DNA from: an uncultured Gammaproteobacteria bacterium
GTDB taxonomy: Bacteria > Patescibacteriota > Microgenomatia > CAZETR01 > Amesbacteraceae
Direction of reading: 5' to 3'
DNA length: 64,000 bases
Assembly: GCA_964543035.1 (NCBI GenBank)
Contig: CAZIVL010000001.1
Location: 122,000 to 185,999 of the forward strand
A program made the position numbers and the translations under genes. This document shows, piece after piece, positions 47,203 to 56,636 of the stretch. Under the pieces are notes generated by a model. That model was given only the letters and a program-made list of their open reading frames with translations, ran no database searches and had not been told where the DNA came from. Each line of letters begins with the position of its first letter. Positions within the stretch are counted from its first letter, which is position 1.

Positions 47203-48399
47203 TTAGAGAACGCTTAATACTTTATGTAATTCTTTAACAAAAACTTCTGCTTCATCAAGAGTGTTATAAAAATAGACCGATGCCCGCACCGATCCGGGGA
47301 TTTCCCTGTCCGCAAACCAGGAATGTACGCAGTGTTGACCGGAGCGAACCATAATCTGTGAGGAGGCGTCAAGCATGAGAGCGATCTGATGATGGTCTTT
47401 GTCCGGAATATAAAAAGACACAATTCCGCCTCTTTCTTTGAAATCAGCCGGACCGATAATAAACAGATTGGGAATTCTCCGAAGTTCCCCAGTTATATAT
47501 TCATTTAACACTTGCTCCTTCTTTTGTATTTCGGCAAATCCAATCTTTTCCAGATATGAAGCCGCCTCACCTAATCCGATAATTCCTGCATAATCCTGCA
47601 GTCCTGCCTCAAACTTTTCAGGCGAAGGGAGAAACTCGCACGATTCATAAGTGGATGAGGAAACGGTATCACCACCGACTAAAAATGGCGACAATTTCTC
47701 CAAGAGCCCATATTTTCCGTAAAGGACTCCTGTACCAGACGGACCAAGCATCTTGTGGCCCGAGAATGCCATAAAATCAACATCCAGCTTTTGGACGTCT
47801 ATTGCTTGATGCGGAACAGCCTGAGCACCATCAAGAAGCACTAAAGCACCATGTTGGTGTGCCAAATGGATAACTTCGGCAGCTGGAATGCTTACACCGT
47901 CCAGATTTGAGGTCATGCCAAGAGCAACCAGTTTTACTCCCTTCTCAAGAGCTTTCTTATACGCTTCCATATCAAACGTGTTATCTTCGAGTGAACGGAC
48001 AATCCGGTGAGCAGTCCCGATTTTGTTGCGCAGAATCTGCCAGGGAATAAGATTGGAGTTGTGTTCCTTATCAGAAGTTAAAACAATATCGCCTTCTTTG
48101 AAGGCTAAGCTATTAGCTACCAGATTAATACTCTCAGTAGTATTACGAGTAAATACTATTTCCTCTTTTCGTTTTGCGTGTAGGAATTTAGCTATCTGTG
48201 TGCGTGCTTCATCACATTTTTGAGTGACCTTTGCTGCCAGATGATGGTTACTCCTGCCCCCGCACGCAGAATAATCTCGGTAATATTCAGTTATCGCATC
48301 AATGACCGATTGGGGACGCAAACTCTGACAGGCATTGTCAAAATAAATTTCTTCTTTTGAAATTACCGGAAAATCCTGTCTGATTTTTGTAATATTCAT
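47203..48399 (-). CDS. Cysteine desulfurase (class V aminotransferase, SufS/CsdA-like)
   Basis: PLP lysine in FSGHKMLGPSG; catalytic Cys in RSGQHCVH. Confidence 0.8.
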   Translation of the reverse strand: MNITKIRQDFPVISKEEIYFDNACQSLRPQSVIDAITEYYRDYSACGGRSNHHLAAKVTQKCDEARTQIAKFLHAKRKEEIVFTRNTTESINLVANSLAFKEGDIVLTSDKEHNSNLIPWQILRNKIGTAHRIVRSLEDNTFDMEAYKKALEKGVKLVALGMTSNLDGVSIPAAEVIHLAHQHGALVLLDGAQAVPHQAIDVQKLDVDFMAFSGHKMLGPSGTGVLYGKYGLLEKLSPFLVGGDTVSSSTYESCEFLPSPEKFEAGLQDYAGIIGLGEAASYLEKIGFAEIQKKEQVLNEYITGELRRIPNLFIIGPADFKERGGIVSFYIPDKDHHQIALMLDASSQIMVRSGQHCVHSWFADREIPGSVRASVYFYNTLDEAEVFVKELHKVLSVL

Positions 48400-48401
48400 A
48401 A

Positions 48402-50306
48402 TTAGTTTTTCTGGTAACCAAAATTAAATAATCTCAGACTGTTGACGACTACTAGGACGGTAACTCCTACATCGGCAAAAATGGCTAAAGCAAGACTGCT
48501 CTTTCCCGCTAGGGCCAAAAATAGAAAGATGGCTTTAACCGCGATAGCCGCACCGGTATTTATCCTAATCGTACTGCCTGAAACTTTGCCTAATCTGACT
48601 AGAAAGGGTATTAGCCCCAAGTTGTTATTCATAAGAGCTATATCGGCATTCTCAACCGCCACCTCTGAACCGATCGCCCCCATGGCAATGCCGACAGAAG
48701 CCGTTGAAAGTGAAGGCGCATCATTGACCCCGTCACCCACCATCGCTACATCTTTGTATTTGGTGACCAGATTTTTAAGCTGGATTACTTTCTCATCCGG
48801 TAGGAGTCTGGCGTGGACTTCATCAATACCGACTTCCTTAGCAACATATGAGGCTGCTGAAGCATTATCTCCGGTAAGAATTGCTGTTTTGACTTTTAAT
48901 TGGTGCAACTCCTTAATGGTAGAGGAGCTCTCGGGCCGGATTTCATCAACAATCCCGAGAACTCCTTTAATTTTTTTGTCGTCAGTGATAATAATAGCGG
49001 TTTTGCCTTCTTTTTCGAACCGCTCAACAATATCAACTGTTCGTTTATCTACCTTATGTTCTTCCATCACAAACTGAAGGGTCCCGATACAATGATGCTT
49101 ATCCACACACACCAGACATTCGCCTGAAATACCTTTTCCCATAATCGCTTTAAAGTTGGCATACTCGTGGTCTTTGATATCAGGGAAATTTTTCGAGCTT
49201 TCAACAATGCTCCTAGCAATCGGGTGTTCGGAAAAAGCCTCGGCTCCAGCTACACAAGCCAGAAGTTCAGCCTTCGTGTAACCGTTTAGAGGAATGACAT
49301 CGGAAACTACGGGTTCACCCTTGGTGAGGGTTCTGGTCTTGTCGAAGGCAATTGCCTTGACTCTGCCCATCTCTTCTAAAAACTGACCGCCTTTGATAAG
49401 AATTCCACGCTTTGTGGCATTGCCGATGGCTGAAAAGATAGTTATAGGAGTGGATATAACCAGGGCACACGGACAAGCAATCAAGAGGATTGTTAAGCTC
49501 TGGGCAAACCAAGGAGTAAACGGTTGGCCAAAAAAAAGAACAGGTATAGCTGTCAGGAAGAGCGCAAGCACTAATACTCCAGGGGTATAGTAAGAAGCAA
49601 ATTTTTCAATGAATCTAGCAGCCTGTGACTTACGCTCAGCCGCCTGAAAAGTCAAATCAACAATTTTGGCCAGTGTCGTATCTTTGGATACTTTAGTAAC
49701 TTTGATTTCCAAGTAGCCTTGGCTATTGAGTGTTCCAGCAAATACCGGCTCTCCTTCATATTTATTTTTCGGCAATGGCTCCCCGGTAATCGAGCTTTCG
49801 TCTACCAATGATTCACCTTTAATGACAACTCCGTCCAAAGGGATGTAGTCACCCGGTTTGATCACAACAATATCGTTAATGGCAATTTTCTCAATAGGAG
49901 TTTTGTTTTCTTGTCCTTTCAAAAGTGCGGCTTTAGGAGCTTTTTCCACTAGCTCTTCTAAAGCACTCTGGCTTCTGGTAATGCCGAACTCCTCCAGAGC
50001 CTCACTGACCGCAAACAGGACAATAATAATGACTGCTTCTTCGAGTTCTCCCAGATAGACTGCACCAAAGGTGGCCACAGTCATGAGTAAATTGATATTT
50101 GAGAATTTGAGTCTTGCAAGACTTTGTAGCCCACCAATAATTACTTCCCGGCCGAAGAAAAAGATGATGGCGGCAAATAAGGGATATTCGATAAATGCGG
50201 GTAAGTGAATGGAAAAAAGGGACAGAATCTCAAGAGGTATGATCAGAAGCAAAGTGGCAGCTAGCCGCTTGAACTTGGTTTCTTTAAGAATTTCTGAAAT
50301 AAGCAT
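48402..50306 (-). CDS. P1B-2-type (Zn/Cd/Pb) P-type ATPase lacking an N-terminal metal-binding domain; DKTRT in place of DKTGT
   Basis: CPC, TGEP, GDGVNDAPSL, TM7 N-x7-K and TM8 ADVG features; DKTRT checked in the DNA (gacaagaccagaacc). Confidence 0.8.
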   Translation of the reverse strand: MLISEILKETKFKRLAATLLLIIPLEILSLFSIHLPAFIEYPLFAAIIFFFGREVIIGGLQSLARLKFSNINLLMTVATFGAVYLGELEEAVIIIVLFAVSEALEEFGITRSQSALEELVEKAPKAALLKGQENKTPIEKIAINDIVVIKPGDYIPLDGVVIKGESLVDESSITGEPLPKNKYEGEPVFAGTLNSQGYLEIKVTKVSKDTTLAKIVDLTFQAAERKSQAARFIEKFASYYTPGVLVLALFLTAIPVLFFGQPFTPWFAQSLTILLIACPCALVISTPITIFSAIGNATKRGILIKGGQFLEEMGRVKAIAFDKTRTLTKGEPVVSDVIPLNGYTKAELLACVAGAEAFSEHPIARSIVESSKNFPDIKDHEYANFKAIMGKGISGECLVCVDKHHCIGTLQFVMEEHKVDKRTVDIVERFEKEGKTAIIITDDKKIKGVLGIVDEIRPESSSTIKELHQLKVKTAILTGDNASAASYVAKEVGIDEVHARLLPDEKVIQLKNLVTKYKDVAMVGDGVNDAPSLSTASVGIAMGAIGSEVAVENADIALMNNNLGLIPFLVRLGKVSGSTIRINTGAAIAVKAIFLFLALAGKSSLALAIFADVGVTVLVVVNSLRLFNFGYQKN

Positions 50307-50347
50307 AGTTTAATTGTACCGCGTAATGGTTTCATAGATCGATACAT

Positions 50348-50812
50348 TTACTCTTGTCTGAGATCCCCAATAAAGAGCTTTTCCAGCTGTGTTATAGCTT
50401 GTGCAGGATGCGGCCCTTTATTATTTGTCGGTCTATCATTAAATAAGGTTGTGGCATCTTTTCCGCAACCAGCAAGAACAGCCTTCCCTCCCGGGTGATT
50501 GGGAATAAACTCAGTAACGTCGTAGACTTTTCCTTCAATTGCCAGCCAGCAATCTGTCTCTAAATTATGTGTGGCAATTTCTTCAAGCGTATATGTTTTT
50601 GTGGCTGGTGTGGGGCTGCTAGAAATTTGAGATTCAACTCGATTCTTAGTGGTATCTGTATTTTGTGAAGGAGATGATAGTACAGGTTTTCTATTTGAAA
50701 ATAATAAAAATCCTCCACCCACCAGCAGAATGCCAATTATTACGACACCCATAACTACGGAATTTTTTGATTGCTTAGATTGATTATTTTGTTCGGTCTT
50801 ATCTGGATCCAT
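50348..50812 (-). CDS. Membrane-anchored cytochrome b5-like heme-binding domain protein
   Basis: HPGG motif within a YTLEEIATHN...VYDVTEF...HPGGK b5 core; N-terminal TM helix. Confidence 0.6.
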   Translation of the reverse strand: MDPDKTEQNNQSKQSKNSVVMGVVIIGILLVGGGFLLFSNRKPVLSSPSQNTDTTKNRVESQISSSPTPATKTYTLEEIATHNLETDCWLAIEGKVYDVTEFIPNHPGGKAVLAGCGKDATTLFNDRPTNNKGPHPAQAITQLEKLFIGDLRQE

Positions 50813-50827
50813 TTATTTCGCCTCCAT

Positions 50828-51952
50828 TTAGCAATCAGTTCCTAAGCCACCCACACAATTTTCAGTAGGTGGTTTACCCCGTTCTGGGCATTTTTCTGAA
50901 TAAACACAGGCTCTGTCGGTTATTTCTGATAACTGCTTGTCAGTTATCTCGCTAGCTGTTGCGCCAAAACTCATAACAATCCTGTCCAGATCTTTAAATT
51001 CGAACGCTCTCCAATTTCCTGCTTGTTTTTTTCCGTTTACATACCAACTAACTTCAGACGGGAAGTTTGCTTTCCAGGAGTCAATGAGCTGACCTAATGT
51101 AACACCGGTCTTATGTTTATGAATTACTTCTTCGGTATCTTTGTGTGAATGAATGTCTGGGTCTTTCTCAAAATAATCCGGATTGTCCTGGAGTAACACT
51201 CTCTTTCCATTCACATACAAAGCGAAATCGGCATGCTCGTGCACTTTCTCACCTGTCGATTGACCAGAGGGCTTAGGAGCTTTAAGAATGGCTGCATTGA
51301 TAAAGGTCTTAAAGTCCTCCGGAGTTTTGGGATTAGGGATTTTATCACCATTGAGAAAAAACGTTGGCGTGCCGGACACTCCCAATTTGGTGCCGGAGTT
51401 TTTATCCCGCTCAACCCTGTCTTTCACCTCTTTTGAGGCAACGTCTTTTTTGAACTGGTCCATATTCAAGCCGATTTGCTGAGCATAACCTTCAAATATT
51501 TTTGGGTCTGCAGCCGGTTTTTCTCCCCAGTTCTTCTGCTCTGCAAAGAGCTTATCATGCATTTCCCAGTATTTGCCCTGTCTGGCAGATGCTTCAACCG
51601 CAAGAGCAGCAGGTAAACCGTTTTTATGTCCAGGAAGCGGGAAATAGCGGTTGACAAAGCGAACGTCAGTTTTGAACTCTTCTGCCAGTTGTTTTACGAG
51701 CGGGTAATATGCACCACAAGCTTCACACTCAAAATCAAGATACTCGATAAGTGTTACGGATGCCTCTTTGTTGCCTTTAATGTAGTCATCAGGAACAACC
51801 TCTAATAATTTTTTCTGATCATCGGAGACTGGAGCAGAAGCTGAAGTAGGAGAATTTGAGGAACCCATCTTACTAGCAAAAAATACTCCCCCAATGAGAA
51901 GAACTACTGTAGCAATGATAATGCCGATAATAAATTTTTTGTCGCCACTCAT
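50828..51952 (-). CDS. DsbA-like thioredoxin (CEAC) with His-rich and Cys4 C-terminal extension
   Basis: TM anchor, LDFECEAC thioredoxin motif, C-terminal HEH..HSHKD..HKHK and C-x5-C-x11-C-x7-C. Confidence 0.6.
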   Translation of the reverse strand: MSGDKKFIIGIIIATVVLLIGGVFFASKMGSSNSPTSASAPVSDDQKKLLEVVPDDYIKGNKEASVTLIEYLDFECEACGAYYPLVKQLAEEFKTDVRFVNRYFPLPGHKNGLPAALAVEASARQGKYWEMHDKLFAEQKNWGEKPAADPKIFEGYAQQIGLNMDQFKKDVASKEVKDRVERDKNSGTKLGVSGTPTFFLNGDKIPNPKTPEDFKTFINAAILKAPKPSGQSTGEKVHEHADFALYVNGKRVLLQDNPDYFEKDPDIHSHKDTEEVIHKHKTGVTLGQLIDSWKANFPSEVSWYVNGKKQAGNWRAFEFKDLDRIVMSFGATASEITDKQLSEITDRACVYSEKCPERGKPPTENCVGGLGTDC

Positions 51953-52005
51953 AAAATGTTATTTTACTATGTTTTGTAGTAATTAGGAAGCCATTGTATG
52001 AGCTT

Positions 52006-52209
52006 CTATTTATCCCCCTTTTTCTCACCGCGCATAAAAAACGCCATAGCACCGCACATAACAGTACACCCCAAAAGAGGTGCTGCTGCTATTAAACCGG
52101 CAATGCCAATAGCAGGAACGAAAATAAGTAATGAGACAATAATAACTCCCAAAATAAGAAGAACTTTTGGATTTAGACATCTCCTACATGAATGTAATAA
52201 TTTATTCAT
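52006..52209 (-). CDS. Small Cys-containing membrane protein (CRRC, GCTVMCG), start overlapping the copA stop (ATGA)
   Basis: Start ATG at 52207-52209 overlaps the ATPase stop at 52206-52208. Confidence 0.35.
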   Translation of the reverse strand: MNKLLHSCRRCLNPKVLLILGVIIVSLLIFVPAIGIAGLIAAAPLLGCTVMCGAMAFFMRGEKKGDK

Positions 52210-54497
52210 ATTCTCTGCGTCCTTAATCGTAACGAGTTTGTGACCACCGAAACACTACTAAATCCCATTGCAGCTCCAGCAATTGCGGGGTTTAAAAGAA
52301 TACCGAAAAATGGATACAATGCTCCAGCTGCAATTGGAATACCAATGACATTATAGAAGAATGCCCAAAAGAGGTTCTGCTTGATAATACTCATCGTTGC
52401 TCTAGCTAACTTTACCGCTTTTGGTAGTTTAGAAATATGTCCCCCTAAAAGCGTTATCCCTGCTGACTCAATTGCTACATCGGTTCCTGTCCCCATCGCA
52501 ATCCCCACATCAGCTGTAGCCAAAGCTGGCGCATCATTAATGCCGTCACCCACCATTGCCACTTTATAACCTTCTTTTTGGAGTTTCTGAATTTCACTGG
52601 CTTTGTCTCCTGGTAAGACTTCGGCGATGACTCGATCTATACCTACTTGTTTAGCGATGTGCTGAGCAGTTCTTTTGTTGTCTCCTGTAAGCATTGCGAC
52701 TTTAATACCTTGCTTGTGAAGCTCCGCCACTGCTTCTTTTGCATCGTCTTTGATGGTGTCAGCAATACCAATGTAAGCAATAACGTGCTTCCTGTTCATG
52801 AAGACTACTGGTGTTTTCCCTTGTGAAGCAAACTTTTTAATCATTTCTTCATCAATTTTTACTTTGAGATCATCAACCAACTTAAGATTACCAGCATAAT
52901 ACTCAGTATCATCAATACTTCCCTTTAGCCCTTTACCTTCAATTGCCTCAAAATCTTTTACTTTATGGAGGCTAATTTTTTCATCCTTAGCTTTTTCAAC
53001 GACTGCTTGGGCTAGTGGATGTTCAGAATGGCTTTCTAGTGAAGCGAGGAGTTGCAAAATATCTTTCTCTGAATGAGAGCCAATTGCCTGAATATCAGTC
53101 ACTTCCGGTGCCCCTTTAGTAATCGTTCCCGTTTTATCCATGACAACAAAGTTGACCCCATTAAACTTTTCTAGACTTTCAGCATTCTTAATCAAGATGC
53201 CATTCTGAGCAGCTTTGCCAACACCGACAATAATAGCGGTAGGCGTAGCGAGACCCATTGCACATGGACAGGCAATGACCAGAATTCCCACAAAACTCAA
53301 AATACCGAGCGTTAGTGCCTGGGAAAATGGCATGAATTGAACACCAATCACCAACCAAAGTATTAATGTAATAACTGCCAGGACCAACACCGCTGGGACA
53401 AAAATGGCTGACACTTGATCGGCCATCCGTTCAATCGGTGCTTTGGATCCCTGAGCCTCCTCAACCATTTTAATGATTTGCGAAAGCATGGTATCACTGC
53501 CAACTTTAGTAACTCTAATCTGCAATGAGCCTTGTTTGTTAATGGTCGCTCCGATAACAGTATCCTCTGGTCCTTTATCTACCGGAATAGGCTCACCGGT
53601 GATCATCGACTCATCAATAGAGGATTTGCCTTCGATAATGACTCCATCCAAGGGAATCTTGGTTCCAGGTTTCACGAGCATAATATCGCCAACTATAACT
53701 TGATCGATGGGTAATTCCACTTCCTTGCCATCTCGAAGAATGAGAGCATTTTTGGCCTGGAGTCCTAAGAGTTTTTCTATGGCTTCACCAGTCTTTAACT
53801 TCGAGCGAGCTTCGAGGAATTTCCCGAGGGTAATAAAACCAATAACAACAATAACGACGTCATAATAATTTTGCTGGGTATTAACATAAGGAGCCAGCAC
53901 TTTATCAAATGCAGTTACACTAAAGCTGTAAAGGAAAGCCACCAACGTTCCAATCCCTACAAGCGTGTCCATATTCGCCACACGATATTTTATAAAACGG
54001 ACGATTCCTTGAAGATATGGAACCCCAATGACAAACATTGTATAGGTGGCAAAAATCGGCAAAAGATGATGGAAAAACTCCATGATGGCTTCCGGCATCT
54101 CTGGCCATAACCGTAGAGGGTCAGCTCCTATTTCCCAGGTCATGACAAAAATGCTAAAGGCAACAAAAGGCATGGCAATCTGAACGTGCTTTTTTAGCTT
54201 TGAGAGTTCCTGGAGTTTTTGCTCTTTTGCAGTTTGGTCAGAGGAAACCGGCGACATATCATGGCCGGCATGAGGATTGGGTGGATTTTCTAAACTATAC
54301 CCAAGTTTTTGAACCTGGTCATTCATTTGGGAGAGGTTGACCTTGTCAGCGTCGAATGAAACTTCGGCTTTTTCTGTACCGTAATTAACGTTGCAAGAAA
54401 CTATACCATCCAGTTTTTCAAGTTTGCGCTTGATAATGCTGGCGCAAGATGCGCAGTGCATCCCTTTAACTGGAAATGTTTGTTTTATCTCTCCCAT
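52206..54497 (-). CDS. copA: Cu(I)-translocating P1B-type ATPase with a single N-terminal HMA domain
   Basis: [40 protein letters not shown]. Confidence 0.85.
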   Translation of the reverse strand: MGEIKQTFPVKGMHCASCASIIKRKLEKLDGIVSCNVNYGTEKAEVSFDADKVNLSQMNDQVQKLGYSLENPPNPHAGHDMSPVSSDQTAKEQKLQELSKLKKHVQIAMPFVAFSIFVMTWEIGADPLRLWPEMPEAIMEFFHHLLPIFATYTMFVIGVPYLQGIVRFIKYRVANMDTLVGIGTLVAFLYSFSVTAFDKVLAPYVNTQQNYYDVVIVVIGFITLGKFLEARSKLKTGEAIEKLLGLQAKNALILRDGKEVELPIDQVIVGDIMLVKPGTKIPLDGVIIEGKSSIDESMITGEPIPVDKGPEDTVIGATINKQGSLQIRVTKVGSDTMLSQIIKMVEEAQGSKAPIERMADQVSAIFVPAVLVLAVITLILWLVIGVQFMPFSQALTLGILSFVGILVIACPCAMGLATPTAIIVGVGKAAQNGILIKNAESLEKFNGVNFVVMDKTGTITKGAPEVTDIQAIGSHSEKDILQLLASLESHSEHPLAQAVVEKAKDEKISLHKVKDFEAIEGKGLKGSIDDTEYYAGNLKLVDDLKVKIDEEMIKKFASQGKTPVVFMNRKHVIAYIGIADTIKDDAKEAVAELHKQGIKVAMLTGDNKRTAQHIAKQVGIDRVIAEVLPGDKASEIQKLQKEGYKVAMVGDGINDAPALATADVGIAMGTGTDVAIESAGITLLGGHISKLPKAVKLARATMSIIKQNLFWAFFYNVIGIPIAAGALYPFFGILLNPAIAGAAMGFSSVSVVTNSLRLRTQRI

Positions 54498-54511
54498 ACA
54501 TATTTTTTACT

Positions 54512-54727
54512 TCAGGCCGCTATAACTACCTCGTATTCAAGTTTTTGTATAACAGCAATGATTTGGTCATGGTGGACTTTATCAGGATCGTATGTAACGA
54601 CCGAAATCTGTTTTGCATAGTGAGTTTTTGCCTCTTTTACACCATCCAAATCCCCCAACTCAAAGTCAATGTTGATGGCACAACTCGTACAGTGCATGCC
54701 CACGATTTCTAAAGTTATTGTTTTCAT
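54512..54727 (-). CDS. copZ: HMA-domain copper chaperone (CopZ-like)
   Basis: MHCTSCA motif in a 71-aa ORF. Confidence 0.7.
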   Translation of the reverse strand: MKTITLEIVGMHCTSCAINIDFELGDLDGVKEAKTHYAKQISVVTYDPDKVHHDQIIAVIQKLEYEVVIAA

Positions 54728-55779
54728 ACGCCTTTATCTTGAACGACATTTATCTCTCCACGAAACATACCCATGCTGCACATAAAGGCAAGTGGACCAG
54801 GAGTTGTGGGAGCAGTAAATTCAAGTGTGTCCGATTGACCAATCGCAACAACCCGCTGCAAACCAAGCTTGGGAACTGTTAGTGATTGCGTACATCCGCC
54901 TCCACCTTGATTGACAATGTTGAATTTGACCTTTGATCCAGCTCTAACATTAACAACAGCCGGTTCTGTCCGATAACCGTTTTGGGTGATAAAAATAGTC
55001 GCCTCCTTCACCGTAGCTGAATTAGTTGTAGCTCCAGCTACCCGACCTTCATCACAAAAACTAATCGTGCAAGTAATACTGGTTAAGACATTTTCAAAAG
55101 TGAAGTTACTGCCACTAAGTGCCAAAGCTCCATTAAAGTTATAGAGGGCTACCAAAATAATTGCTGCAGCTGCCACCTTGTTAAAGGTTCCACTGAGTGA
55201 ACTGCCTAGTTTCCGTGCCGCATACCCAAGAAGGAAAAATAACGGAGAAGTTCCTAGCATAAAAACAAACATGGTAGTTGCTCCGGCAAGAGGAGAGCCG
55301 GTTGAAATAGCATAAGCCATCATTGCTTGTGTTGCTCCACAGGGAATGAGAACCGTCATAGCTCCAAGGAGTGCCGGACCAAAGACAGCTTTACTCTTTG
55401 ATTGATTGCGTACTAATCGTGTTAAAAATTTGGGTGGCTGAATTACAAAGTAGCGAAAAATCGGGTGAACCTGAAGAAGATTAAGCGCAGTACCGACCAT
55501 AAACACTACTGCTGCAAATTGGAGGAGGACGCGGGCAGAAAGTGAAAGCTGAAATACTGAACCAAGAGATCCTAAGAGTAAACCAAGAATGGTATAAGCC
55601 ACCAATCGAGTAATTAAAAACGAAAGAATGGGGAGAAGATGTCCAAATCGTTTTGCGTCTTCTTCAAGCTTATTCTCTTCCTGCTGAGCAATTGAGCTGG
55701 CGAGAAGTCCACCCTGAACAGCTAGACACGTTAGTCCACCTGCAAATAATCCTGTGATGAAAATTGAGAGTATGTCCAT
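54724..55779 (-). CDS. DsbD_2/CcdA-like Cys-bearing TM domain fused to one cupredoxin-like C-terminal domain (C-SMGM)
   Basis: GGLTCLA and LIPCGATQAM TM cysteines; C-terminal FMCSMGMFRGEI. Paralog of 26186-27928 without the fused HMA. Confidence 0.55.
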   Translation of the reverse strand: MDILSIFITGLFAGGLTCLAVQGGLLASSIAQQEENKLEEDAKRFGHLLPILSFLITRLVAYTILGLLLGSLGSVFQLSLSARVLLQFAAVVFMVGTALNLLQVHPIFRYFVIQPPKFLTRLVRNQSKSKAVFGPALLGAMTVLIPCGATQAMMAYAISTGSPLAGATTMFVFMLGTSPLFFLLGYAARKLGSSLSGTFNKVAAAAIILVALYNFNGALALSGSNFTFENVLTSITCTISFCDEGRVAGATTNSATVKEATIFITQNGYRTEPAVVNVRAGSKVKFNIVNQGGGGCTQSLTVPKLGLQRVVAIGQSDTLEFTAPTTPGPLAFMCSMGMFRGEINVVQDKGV

Positions 55780-55801
55780 AGTTCATATTCCAAGTTAACC
55801 T

Positions 55802-56581
55802 TTATGATTGCAATGCCTTATCAATCATCGGCTTGACTTGTTCAAAAGGTAAGGCGCCTGGAACAAGCTGGGTATCACCTTTTGCGTTGATAATAATAGT
55901 TCCTGGTGTACCGGTTACACCCTCAGCTGTTCCCTTGGCCATCTGATCCTTGACTTTTTGAGCCATTTCTCCAGAGTCTAAACACTGTTTGAACGATGAT
56001 TCATTAAGTCCCAACTCTTTGGCCAACGGAGTTAATTTGTCCAAGGCAAATCCAGTCCCATTAGAGGTGGTGCGTTCAAAGATAGCATCTGTATATTTCC
56101 AGAATGCTTCATTTCCACCAATTTTTCCAGCACACTCTGATGCTTCAGCTTCTTTTTGTGCATTGGCATGGAAAGAAAGCGGATAATGGCGGTATACCCA
56201 TTTCACCTTATCCCCGTATTCTTTCATAACCTGTTGCATCGTCGGGTGAAAACTTTTGCAGAATGGACATTCTAAATCTGAATACTCTACCATTACAACT
56301 TTGGCATTTTTGTTACCTTTGTACCAATCCTTATCGGTTACTTCCGGTTTTTTGGTTGCCACCTGGGGTTGAGGTGCGCCTGCAGCAGCCGGAGCACCCG
56401 CAGCTTGATTAGTACCTGTCGTGGTTGTTCCAGCCACCGCAGCGCCCTTTTCGAGATACTTGACTTTGGTGTAGAGAGATCCAATAGCAAACGATGCACC
56501 AATAAGAACTAAAACGAGAATAATGCTGAAATTACCTGAAAGCATATTTTTAAGAGGAGATAAATTTTTTTCTTCAGTCAT
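55802..56581 (-). CDS. Membrane-anchored DsbA/BdbD-like thiol-disulfide oxidoreductase (CPFC)
   Basis: TM anchor, Gly/Ala/Pro-rich linker, LECPFCKSFHP. Confidence 0.75.
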   Translation of the reverse strand: MTEEKNLSPLKNMLSGNFSIILVLVLIGASFAIGSLYTKVKYLEKGAAVAGTTTTGTNQAAGAPAAAGAPQPQVATKKPEVTDKDWYKGNKNAKVVMVEYSDLECPFCKSFHPTMQQVMKEYGDKVKWVYRHYPLSFHANAQKEAEASECAGKIGGNEAFWKYTDAIFERTTSNGTGFALDKLTPLAKELGLNESSFKQCLDSGEMAQKVKDQMAKGTAEGVTGTPGTIIINAKGDTQLVPGALPFEQVKPMIDKALQS

Positions 56582-56636
56582 AATGATTATTATAAACTAA
56601 TATTACTACAAAGTGTAGTAACTCTATAAACCAATG

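Noticed and set aside
48442-49077. 211-aa plus-strand ORF inside the Zn-type ATPase
   Set aside because: Antisense shadow ORF; its Ser/Thr/Pro-rich translation is typical of the reverse strand of a gene with many GxT/AxT codons.
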